Shown here: positions 52,958 to 60,679 of the stretch, in pieces
Layout of the letters: every line of letters starts with the position of its first letter
How positions within the stretch are numbered: position 1 is the stretch's first letter
NCBI GenBank assembly: GCA_964435075.1
Contig: CAYSXT010000001.1
Location: 1-60,679 of the forward strand
DNA from: an uncultured Candidatus Saccharibacteria bacterium
GTDB taxonomy: Bacteria > Patescibacteriota > JAUYIX01
Direction of reading: 5' to 3'
DNA: 60,679 bases
Program-made: the position numbers and the translations under genes
Notes under the pieces: model-generated
Told to the model about the DNA's origin: nothing
The model's input: the letters and a program-made list of their open reading frames with translations, nothing else
Database searches by the model: none

Positions 52958-55560
52958 TTTTTATATTTCTTTCCAGAACCACAATAACACGGATCATTGC
53001 GTCCTGGTTCCTTTTTAGTTTTTTGTGGTCTTGAACTTACCGCCCCTTCGCCTTGGCTTTGTAACTTTTCTGCTCCAGCAGTCGGGGCCGCTTGTTGGGT
53101 TGCAATATTGGACTTAAAAATACGATATACAATGCCATTTTGAATGTTATCCAACAGACGCTCAAACAACCCAAATCCATCTTTTTTATATTCGACTAAT
53201 GGATCGTGTTGACCATAACTTCTTAGGCGCACTGATTCTCTTAAGGCCTCCATTGTATCCAGATGATCAACCCAAAGTGTGTCAATAGTCATCAAATAAA
53301 CACCAATCTCTACTCTGCGCATGACTTCCACAGTCAACTCTTGTTCTCTAGCCTCATAAGTCTTTTTAGCAGTGTCGATCAATAGACCTATTACAGCATC
53401 ACGAGCCGCTGCATCCTGCTTGGGATTTCCACCCTTTGACCGGGCCTCTTCAATTTTATCAGCCAGATCATTTGGTACAGGCATCAACGTCTGCATAGTT
53501 TCAACGATTTCCTTAATGTCCCAACGTTGCTCCTTTTCTCCTAAAGTATGAGCCGCAACTACTTGCTCAATTTCCGCATTAATTAAATCCTCAATACGCG
53601 CTTTGAGAGTTTCGCCTTTTACATCCTCACCGGCTAATCTTTTTTTCTCTAATGACCAAATGTCTAATAACTCACGTCTTTTCCCATATATAACCTCACG
53701 CTGTTTATTCAAGACATCATCAAACTCGACTAAGTGCTTTCTAATATCAAAATTATTACCTTCGACCTTTTTTTGTGCTGATTCCAGCGATCTGCTAATT
53801 ACTTTGTTCTCAATTGCCTGATCTTCAGATAGGCCCAATTTCTCCATCATGGATTTCATCCGATCGGATCCAAAGATCCTCATGAGGTCGTCCTCCATAG
53901 ACACAAAGAACTGAGTAGAACCTGCATCTCCCTGTCGACCTGATCGTCCACGCAGCTGATTATCAATACGTCTGGATTCATGTCGTTCAGTACCAATTAC
54001 ATGCAAGCCTCCAATCTCTGCAACCCCTTCACCTAGCTTAATATCTGTTCCCCGACCAGCCATATTTGTAGAAATAGTCACATTACCTTTTTGCCCAGCT
54101 TTAGAAACTATCTGGGCCTCACGCTCATGATTTTTAGCGTTGAGAACCTCATGTGTAATGCCCTCACGCTTAAGATAGGCCGACAACCGCTCAGACTTAT
54201 CAACCGAAACCGTACCAACCAGCACAGGCTGACCTTTAACATTTCTATTTTTTATGTCTGCGACAACTGCTTTAAATTTACCTAATTCGCTTTTATAGAT
54301 CTTGTCTCCAAGATCAAGGCGGGCGGTTGGTTTATTTGTTGGAATTACAACAACATCAAGTTCGTATATTTTTGCAAACTCTTCAGCCTCAGTAGCTGCT
54401 GTACCAGTCATTCCCGAGAGCTTATCGTAAAGCCTAAAATAATTTTGAAAAGTAATAGTCGCTAGGGTTCTCGATTCTCTCTGAACTTTTACACCTTCTT
54501 TTGCTTCGATGGCTTGATGTAACCCTTCCGAGTAGCGACGTCCGGGCATTAAACGACCCGTAAATTCATCAACAATGATTACCTCATTATCCTTAATGAC
54601 ATAATCACGGTCCTTAACAAACAAAGCTTTGGCTCTAACCGCCGATTCCACGTGAGTGACCATGCGTATACCAGCCTCTTCATAAAGATTATCGATCCCC
54701 AGTTTCTTCTCGACCTTACTAATACCTTCTTCACTGAGCGTTACAGCTTTTAGTTTTTCGTCCAGATTATAGTCGACGTTTTCTTTTAAGTCTTGGGCCA
54801 GCTTTGCCATCTGATAGTACTGATCTGTAGAATCTTGAGCAGGTGCCGAAATAATCAATGGGGTTCTTGCTTCATCAATTAAAATGGAGTCTACCTCGTC
54901 GACAATACCAAAAGGTTGTCCCCGCTGCGTCAGTTGATCGTCGTCATGAACCATATTGTCGCGTAAATAATCAAACCCAAACTCATTATTAGTTCCATAT
55001 GTAATATCTGCCTGATAGGCCTCCCGCTTATCCGCTGGAGTTTGACCATGCTGGGTAACACCAACTGACAGACCTAAAAAGTTATAGACACCACCCATCC
55101 ATTCTGCATCTCTCTGAGCTAGATAATCGTTAACCGTAATTACATGAACGCCTTTACCATTCAGGGCATTTAGGTAGGCAGGCAATACGGCAACAAGGGT
55201 TTTACCTTCACCGGTACGCATTTCAGCTATGCGCCCCTGATGTAAAACAATGCCTCCAATAATCTGCACATCAAAGGGAACCATGTTCCATTTTGTTTCC
55301 TCTCCGCGCACTTCCCACGAGCGACCTTGCAGGCGTCGCATGGCATCCACTACAACAGCAAATGCGTCTGGCAATAATTCGTCTAAGGTTTTTGTCTTGT
55401 CGGCAATGAGTTTCTTAAACTCAAATGTTTTGTTTTTAAGTTCCTCGTCGCTCAGAGATTCTAATGATTTGGCTTTAGCACGAACATCCTGCACGATCGG
55501 CTCGAGCTTTTTAATAACCTTTACGTTTGGATCACCCAAAATTTTCGTAAACAATCCCAT
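52933..55560 (-). CDS. secA: preprotein translocase ATPase SecA
   Basis: 875 aa with a DEAD-like motor (MRTGEGKTL, DEVDSILIDEARTPLIIS) and a C-terminal zinc site CYCGSGKKYKKCHG. Confidence 0.97.
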   Translation of the reverse strand: MGLFTKILGDPNVKVIKKLEPIVQDVRAKAKSLESLSDEELKNKTFEFKKLIADKTKTLDELLPDAFAVVVDAMRRLQGRSWEVRGEETKWNMVPFDVQIIGGIVLHQGRIAEMRTGEGKTLVAVLPAYLNALNGKGVHVITVNDYLAQRDAEWMGGVYNFLGLSVGVTQHGQTPADKREAYQADITYGTNNEFGFDYLRDNMVHDDDQLTQRGQPFGIVDEVDSILIDEARTPLIISAPAQDSTDQYYQMAKLAQDLKENVDYNLDEKLKAVTLSEEGISKVEKKLGIDNLYEEAGIRMVTHVESAVRAKALFVKDRDYVIKDNEVIIVDEFTGRLMPGRRYSEGLHQAIEAKEGVKVQRESRTLATITFQNYFRLYDKLSGMTGTAATEAEEFAKIYELDVVVIPTNKPTARLDLGDKIYKSELGKFKAVVADIKNRNVKGQPVLVGTVSVDKSERLSAYLKREGITHEVLNAKNHEREAQIVSKAGQKGNVTISTNMAGRGTDIKLGEGVAEIGGLHVIGTERHESRRIDNQLRGRSGRQGDAGSTQFFVSMEDDLMRIFGSDRMKSMMEKLGLSEDQAIENKVISRSLESAQKKVEGNNFDIRKHLVEFDDVLNKQREVIYGKRRELLDIWSLEKKRLAGEDVKGETLKARIEDLINAEIEQVVAAHTLGEKEQRWDIKEIVETMQTLMPVPNDLADKIEEARSKGGNPKQDAAARDAVIGLLIDTAKKTYEAREQELTVEVMRRVEIGVYLMTIDTLWVDHLDTMEALRESVRLRSYGQHDPLVEYKKDGFGLFERLLDNIQNGIVYRIFKSNIATQQAAPTAGAEKLQSQGEGAVSSRPQKTKKEPGRNDPCYCGSGKKYKKCHGSNQT

Positions 55561-55566
55561 TAGTTT

Positions 55567-55595
55567 TTGTTAGCAATAAACACCTAGACTGCCAA
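55567..55595 (-). promoter_or_regulatory. possible secA promoter
   Basis: The minus strand reads TTGGCA, 17 nt, TAACAA, then 6 nt to the ATG at 55560. Confidence 0.35.
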
Positions 55596-55618
55596 AAAAA
55601 GACCTCAAAATCAAGTCT
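55594..55618 (-). terminator. Rho-independent terminator after hpf
   Basis: Minus-strand RNA forms AGACUU-GAUUUUG-AGGUCU (6 bp including one G-U pair) followed by U7. The wobble pair makes it specific to the minus strand. Confidence 0.45.
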
Positions 55619-55638
55619 TATCTCCTACCCCTTTTTTG

Positions 55639-56022
55639 TTAATTTTGAGGTGCTCTTAGTGCTTCTTTTGCGTAGCGACGTTGAACACTCGTTTTTTCTT
55701 TAAGATTACGTCGCTTAGAGTGCTGGATTATATACTTATCCTTATAATCAGCTATTTGATTAATTAGATCGTTGAGTAAAAGATCCACCGACTCAAAGGC
55801 TTCTTTTGCACCTTGTGACGCATAGATAGTTTTCTTAGCCACAGCTAATCTTGCCTCAGCGCGATAAACCTCACCTTTACGATGATGTCGATCGTGAGCA
55901 AGCTCTAAATCTGCCGATAGAATCGGCTTATAATAATGCTCTAAGTGCTCAATTTTGTGCCTAAAATAATCCTCGAGCGCAGCACTTGTTTTTAAGTTTG
56001 TCCATTTGATACGTATTTCCAT
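55639..56022 (-). CDS. hpf: ribosome hibernation promoting factor / RaiA family (short form)
   Basis: 127 aa starting MEIRIKWTNLKTSAALEDYFRHKI, with a beta-alpha-beta-beta-beta-alpha pattern typical of HPF/YfiA. Confidence 0.85.
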   Translation of the reverse strand: MEIRIKWTNLKTSAALEDYFRHKIEHLEHYYKPILSADLELAHDRHHRKGEVYRAEARLAVAKKTIYASQGAKEAFESVDLLLNDLINQIADYKDKYIIQHSKRRNLKEKTSVQRRYAKEALRAPQN

Positions 56023-56041
56023 AAAGGTATTTTAGCTTTTT

Positions 56042-57157
56042 TCACCTGCTCTTACTAGTACTTTTACCTAACGGATTTCCCAAAAAACCCATTAATCTCA
56101 CTTCCGAAATTAAATCGACATCAAAGGTACTCTTTACCGCCTTTTGCATTTTTCTGGCAAGACTGATGATGTCAGACGCCGTAGCATTATCACAATTAAT
56201 TATGGCCAATGAATGTTTAGGCGAGATGCCGACCGAACCCTCTTTGTACCCCTTATTAAACTTTGTGAACTCAAGCAAAAAAGCTGGCGCAATTTTTACC
56301 GTGCCCTCATCCGTATCCCAATACCAAGGCATGAGTTTTTCTGTCTTTACTTTATCTAGATCGCTAGCTTTAGTTTTGATTTCTTTAAATTTCTTCTTAG
56401 TTACAAGCGGAGCCATAAAAAAAGAACCAGCACTTTTATAACTATTATATTCAGGCAGCATGACCATGCCTTTTTTAGCCCTAATTGAAACTACAGCGTC
56501 ACGCACATCTGTGGCGGTCGGATTTTTACTTGTCACTTCCGAATCAATACTAAATCGATTGTCTTTATAGTGCAGCCCTGACTCTGACTTATTACTTAAC
56601 TCTAAAACTATTTCCGTGATTACAAATCGCCCAATATTTTTTTTGAACAAGCTTGTTCTATAGGCAAATTCCGATTCCTTATTGCTAAAGACCTTAAATT
56701 TATTCTTTTTTAAGTCGTATGCTCTAACGCTTTTCACTGCTTCTGATATTGATTGACCATAGGCACCAATATTTTGAACTGGTGCTGCGCCGGCCGTACC
56801 AGGAATACCCGCGAGTCCCTCAATGCCTGACCAGCCTTTTTCAACAACAAAGTCCACGAGTGTAGGCCAGTCTTCACCAGAACCCACAGTTAACTCAATA
56901 ATTTTATCTTTTTTAACGGCTTTACGCTTTTTAATGGCATTTCTTAGCACCAGACCATCGAACCCCTCGTCACTAACTAAAACGTTACTGCCAGAACCCA
57001 AAAAAAAGACTTCTAAGCTATTGTCTTTGGCAAATTTAAGCCCGGCTAATAATTCTTTTTCACTTGAAAACTCTAAAAAATACTTAGCAGGTCCACCAAC
57101 TCCAAAAGAAGTCATTGGTGCCAAACTTACATTTTTCTTAATCTTTTTTTTAATCAC
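56042..57157 (-). CDS. murB: UDP-N-acetylmuramate dehydrogenase
   Basis: 371 aa with an FAD-binding domain (MTSFGVGGPA, LGSGSNVLV) and a C-terminal MurB domain. Confidence 0.9.
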   Translation of the reverse strand: MIKKKIKKNVSLAPMTSFGVGGPAKYFLEFSSEKELLAGLKFAKDNSLEVFFLGSGSNVLVSDEGFDGLVLRNAIKKRKAVKKDKIIELTVGSGEDWPTLVDFVVEKGWSGIEGLAGIPGTAGAAPVQNIGAYGQSISEAVKSVRAYDLKKNKFKVFSNKESEFAYRTSLFKKNIGRFVITEIVLELSNKSESGLHYKDNRFSIDSEVTSKNPTATDVRDAVVSIRAKKGMVMLPEYNSYKSAGSFFMAPLVTKKKFKEIKTKASDLDKVKTEKLMPWYWDTDEGTVKIAPAFLLEFTKFNKGYKEGSVGISPKHSLAIINCDNATASDIISLARKMQKAVKSTFDVDLISEVRLMGFLGNPLGKSTSKSR

Positions 57158-58559
57158 TAAGTGCTTTTAGTATTTTAGGTCCTAACTCAGTAACATCCCC
57201 TGCTCCAATAGTTAATACCACATCTCCCTTTTTAATGGTTGCCATACCGGCTGCCAAGGCAGCATTCATATCTGGGGCTGCAATTGATCGGGTTCCTTTA
57301 TGATTTACAGCCTCTGATAAAGTCTGATTATTATAGTTGCTGCGTAACTGTCCAATATTTTCTCTACCAGGAACGTAAAAGACTGGCGGAATAATAACTA
57401 AGTCAGCCAAAGTCAAAGCAATAGCAAATTCCTTAAAGAAATCCTTAAGTCGTCCATAAAAGTGAGGTTGGAATATAGCCACCAAGCGTCGCTTGCCAAA
57501 TCTATTTCGCGCGGCTTTAAGTGTTGCTGTGAGTTCAGTTGGATGATGAGCAAAATCATCTATGACCGTAATACCCTTTTCTTCTCCCTTGTATTCAAAC
57601 CGACGCCATGTGCCAGAAAAATTTTCTAGGGCGTTCTGCATATCCTTAACGGGCACTCCTAAGTGCGAACCAACTCCGATGGCAGCCAGGGCATTTTTTA
57701 CATTATGGGCTCCCGGTGCTCTTAACTTGAATGAGCCTAAACTCCTGTCATGAAAATCAACTTTAAAAGTTGTAACCGGTCCTTTTAGGTTTACATTAGT
57801 TGCTCTTAATTCACTGCGGCTGTCTAAGCCATACCACAAAACGCAACAGTCGCGGGTTTCGGTTACCATTCTGGCACCCGGATCGTCCCCATTTGCCAAA
57901 ACTAATCCTCCCCGGGGTACTTGTGCAATAAATGCGCTAAAAGCCTTGCGAATATTGTCCAGATTTTTATAAAAATTAAGATGGTCGGCCTCCACATTTG
58001 TCACTACAGCAATCTTGGGAATGTAATTTAGAAATGCTTTTTTATATTCATCTGCCTCCACAACGGCATACTCACCCTCTCCTAATCTTGCGTTCCCTTT
58101 TAAGGACTCTATGTATGATCCTGCGACTACTGTAGGATCCCAGCCACTCTTGAGTAATATATCTCCGACCATGGCCGTAGTGGTGGTTTTGCCATGGGTT
58201 CCGCTAATACCAATAATTTTCTTAGATTCTAAAATTATTGGTAAGGCTTGCGGATAAGATAAAGTATCAATCTTTAATTTCTTAGCTCTGATGATCTCAG
58301 GATTTTGTTGATCAGTATCATTAGTATAAACCACAAGATCAATCTTGTTATTAATGTTGGCAGCTTTGTGCAGACCTATTGCAATAGGCACTTTTAATTT
58401 TGCCAACCTGTCCGTGTTTGTGGACATTTTTAAATCAGACCCAGAAACATAAATCCCCTTCTCTAAAAATAGTTGGGCCATAGCCGACACACCTGCACCA
58501 CCAATTCCAACAAAATAAACTCTTTTAATTTTCTTAAGGTCCTTGGTTTTTACGGACAT
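57150..58559 (-). CDS. murC: UDP-N-acetylmuramate--L-alanine ligase
   Basis: 469 aa with FVGIGGAGVSAMA and the Mur ligase P-loop GTHGKTTT. Confidence 0.93.
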   Translation of the reverse strand: MSVKTKDLKKIKRVYFVGIGGAGVSAMAQLFLEKGIYVSGSDLKMSTNTDRLAKLKVPIAIGLHKAANINNKIDLVVYTNDTDQQNPEIIRAKKLKIDTLSYPQALPIILESKKIIGISGTHGKTTTTAMVGDILLKSGWDPTVVAGSYIESLKGNARLGEGEYAVVEADEYKKAFLNYIPKIAVVTNVEADHLNFYKNLDNIRKAFSAFIAQVPRGGLVLANGDDPGARMVTETRDCCVLWYGLDSRSELRATNVNLKGPVTTFKVDFHDRSLGSFKLRAPGAHNVKNALAAIGVGSHLGVPVKDMQNALENFSGTWRRFEYKGEEKGITVIDDFAHHPTELTATLKAARNRFGKRRLVAIFQPHFYGRLKDFFKEFAIALTLADLVIIPPVFYVPGRENIGQLRSNYNNQTLSEAVNHKGTRSIAAPDMNAALAAGMATIKKGDVVLTIGAGDVTELGPKILKALSD

Positions 58560-58562
58560 TGC

Positions 58563-59660
58563 TTAGCGAATTTCTGCCAATCTAAAGGTCCAGTAGGCTA
58601 GCTTCTTAGCTGCCAAGGGGGTTTCAAACTGCTTAATAGTGTTGCCGAGTCTAAGTCTCATAGCGTTATTATGTAAAAGATTTGTTAACTCACCCACAAA
58701 AATTTTCGGCGTTAAATTTGCCTCTTGAATGGAAATTGCTGCCTGCTTTTTGGCAAAACTTTCAGCATTATTCACTTGATGATTGCTGGCTGATGTAGCT
58801 AGCGGCAATAGTACTACGGGCTTGCCCAAAGCTGCCAGCTCATGAACTTGCCCACCGGATCTTGCCACAATAATGTCAGCTAAAGCATATACATCCCACA
58901 AATTATCTGTAAAAAAGCCTTCTGCTCGATAACCATTGGACCCAAATTTTTCTAGGTACAATCTCGCTTCGTCAATATTTTTTGGACCGACTTGATGAAT
59001 AATTTGAAAATGCGGGAGTAATTCAGGCAAGCTATTAAATACCACCTTGTTTATAGATTTAGCCCCCTGTGATCCGCCAAAAATTGCTAAAACAGGGCGA
59101 TCGTCAGATAATGCTAATGCTTTCTTTGCTTTACTAGCATCACCACTAGCCACCATTGCTCTAATAGGCTGACCTGTAAATATGGTTTTGTCTTCTGGCA
59201 ACTCAGCCGGCATCTCTTTAAAGCTAGTAGTGATTAAAGTAGCCTTTTTTAAAAGTCGACGATTAGCAAGTCCCGGCACACTATCAGTCTCGTGCAACAA
59301 AATTGGTATATCTCTTAGCCAAGCAGCAAACACTGTTGGATAGCTAACATAGCCACCTTTTGAGAATAAAACGTCTGGCCTAAAAACCCCAAGAATAAAG
59401 AAAGCCTTCAAAATCCCGAAAGGAATTTTAAAAATGTCGATAATATTTGAAAAAGAAAAATAACGCCTAAGTTTACCAGTCGGCACTGATGCAAAAGAGA
59501 TGCCGGCTTGTTGGGCAATTTCTTTCTCTAAACCCTTCTCGGAACCTATCCAAAGAAACTTAACCTTAGGATCTAGACTCTTTATCTCATCTGCAACCGC
59601 CACTACAGGAAATACATGTCCTCCTGTTCCTCCTCCTGTTAATGCAACTTTTAGTGCCAT
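58563..59660 (-). CDS. murG: undecaprenyldiphospho-muramoylpentapeptide beta-N-acetylglucosaminyltransferase
   Basis: 365 aa with GGGTGGHVFP and a GT28 C-terminal domain (ARSGGQVHELAALGKP). Confidence 0.93.
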   Translation of the reverse strand: MALKVALTGGGTGGHVFPVVAVADEIKSLDPKVKFLWIGSEKGLEKEIAQQAGISFASVPTGKLRRYFSFSNIIDIFKIPFGILKAFFILGVFRPDVLFSKGGYVSYPTVFAAWLRDIPILLHETDSVPGLANRRLLKKATLITTSFKEMPAELPEDKTIFTGQPIRAMVASGDASKAKKALALSDDRPVLAIFGGSQGAKSINKVVFNSLPELLPHFQIIHQVGPKNIDEARLYLEKFGSNGYRAEGFFTDNLWDVYALADIIVARSGGQVHELAALGKPVVLLPLATSASNHQVNNAESFAKKQAAISIQEANLTPKIFVGELTNLLHNNAMRLRLGNTIKQFETPLAAKKLAYWTFRLAEIR

Positions 59661-59661
59661 A

Positions 59662-60679
59662 TTATTTTTCTCCGCTTAATGCTTTATGGTGTTGTAATAA
59701 ATTTCTGCGCCGTAAACTCCAGGGAGCCTGACGTTTGGATGGGCTATCCTTAGTATACCTAGATATATTAATAAGAATACCCGCAGCTGCCATTGATACA
59801 ACTAACGCAGTTCCGCCAAAACTAACAAATGGCAAGGGAATACCAGTTAAAGGCAAAATACCTATTAATGCCCCTATATTAATAAAGGCTTGCGCTACAA
59901 ACCAGGTTGTAATACCAGTAGCGAGCAGACGCCCAAAGTTATCAGGCGCTTTTCTCGCAACTTGAAACCCTTGATAGGCCAGCAGTAAGAACACGACCAG
60001 CACAAGCATTACGCGGATAAAACCTAACTCTTCTGCCAGTATGGCAAAAATTGAGTCTCCTGCTGGCTCGGGTAAATAATTAAATTTTTGTCTGCTCTGC
60101 CCGAGACCCAAGCCAAATAATCCGCCCGAACCTACCGCCAGTAAGGCTTGGTTAATTTGATAACCGGCACCCTCCGGATCCAGCGCCGGATTAAGAAAAA
60201 TTGTAAAACGTTGAAGCCTGTAAGGCTCGAGCTTTATGGCGATAGCTAAAAAGCCTACCCCTAAGGAAAACAAAGCAGCTATGTGCCAAAGTCTAGCTCC
60301 AGCAACGAAAAACATGGCCACCGCAGAGGCCGCGATAACGGTTAAGGTACCTAGATCCGGCTGCGCAATAATAAGAGCGGTCGCGACACCCAATATCGCG
60401 ACAAACGGGATGACGCCAGTCGTAAATTCTTTAATTCCTTTTCCGCGTTTGTCCAGCCAGGCAGCCAAGAACAAAACTATAGTCAGCTTTGTTAACTCTG
60501 AAGGCTGAAAAGAGGCAAAGCCAAGATTAATCCAACGCTGCGCTCCACCAACATCAATGCCGAGACCTGGTATAAAGACGGCTACTAAAAGTAGCAAAGT
60601 CAGAATCAGCAATAAGATATTAATTTTTTTCCAAAACTTATAAGGAACAAAAGCAAAAGCAACCAACGCAACAAGACCC
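59662..60679 (-). CDS. ftsW: SEDS-family protein FtsW (5' end beyond window)
   Basis: The frame is open to the window edge. The protein is polytopic with PDLGT, LPEPAGDSIFA and PLPFVSFGG motifs. Its position upstream of murG favours FtsW over RodA. Confidence 0.88.
   Translation of the reverse strand, partial: GLVALVAFAFVPYKFWKKINILLLILTLLLLVAVFIPGLGIDVGGAQRWINLGFASFQPSELTKLTIVLFLAAWLDKRGKGIKEFTTGVIPFVAILGVATALIIAQPDLGTLTVIAASAVAMFFVAGARLWHIAALFSLGVGFLAIAIKLEPYRLQRFTIFLNPALDPEGAGYQINQALLAVGSGGLFGLGLGQSRQKFNYLPEPAGDSIFAILAEELGFIRVMLVLVVFLLLAYQGFQVARKAPDNFGRLLATGITTWFVAQAFINIGALIGILPLTGIPLPFVSFGGTALVVSMAAAGILINISRYTKDSPSKRQAPWSLRRRNLLQHHKALSGEK

Noticed and set aside
1-60679. CRISPR arrays, rRNA or tRNA genes, IS elements, long direct or inverted repeats, and alternative genetic code (UGA recoding).
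   Set aside because: - No spacer exceeds 158 nt and no periodic repeats were seen.
- The only GGTATTCGAACC-like string (about 15217) lies inside serS.
- The only nucleotide similarities noticed between distant regions lie within the paralogous gene pairs (the two ATPases and the two mreB genes).
- All conserved genes are full length under the standard code.

Overview
This is a 60.7-kb, very gene-dense chromosomal segment with about 61 CDS. Most spacers are 0-40 nt or the genes overlap. The DNA is AT-leaning, roughly 40% GC by eye. The standard genetic code fits, because all long ORFs are intact. All calls below come from reading motifs in the supplied translations and the DNA; no searches were run.

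Content is almost entirely core housekeeping:
- Translation: cysS, serS, lysS, alaS, frr, infA, hpf, mnmA, and the rpmJ-rpsM-rpsK-rpsD-rpoA-rplQ-rplM-rpsI cluster, plus rplU.
- Replication and repair: dnaB, ybaB-recR, holB.
- Sec pathway: secA, secD, secF.
- Cell envelope and shape: ftsW-murG-murC-murB, murA, ddl-alr-ftsQ, mreBCD-PBP2, a second mreB, and ftsA.

From 9.3 kb to the window end, all genes but one lie on the minus strand. I found no rRNA, tRNA, CRISPR, IS element, integrase or prophage.

Several traits are consistent with a small-genome Patescibacteria/CPR-type bacterium, but this is an inference, not something the sequence shows. The traits are lysine-rich N-terminal tails on S9, S11 and IF-1, an AlaRS lacking the C-terminal domain, a sigma-region-4 plus HARE-HTH protein, orphan coupling-protein-like ATPases, and many apparently leaderless operon heads.

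The best candidate for an undescribed system is a pair of paralogous loci built around a membrane-tethered domain of unknown function plus a VirD4/TrwB/TraG-like P-loop ATPase. Neither locus has any other type IV secretion or conjugation gene nearby.
- In locus A (964..3405) the two parts are fused into one protein.
- In locus B (44867..49194) they are split 1 nt apart. The ATPase carries an Arg/Gly/Asp/Asn-rich tail with a CxxC-x17-CxxC zinc ribbon, and the pair is preceded by a sigma-region-4/HARE-HTH protein with its own promoters.

Secondary points of interest:
- ftsA is followed by a 594-aa bitopic protein instead of ftsZ.
- A CorA-like protein lacks the GMN signature.
- A processive GT2 synthase is translationally coupled to ddl-alr-ftsQ.
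- A structured 158-nt spacer sits next to a GC-enriched orphan gene.
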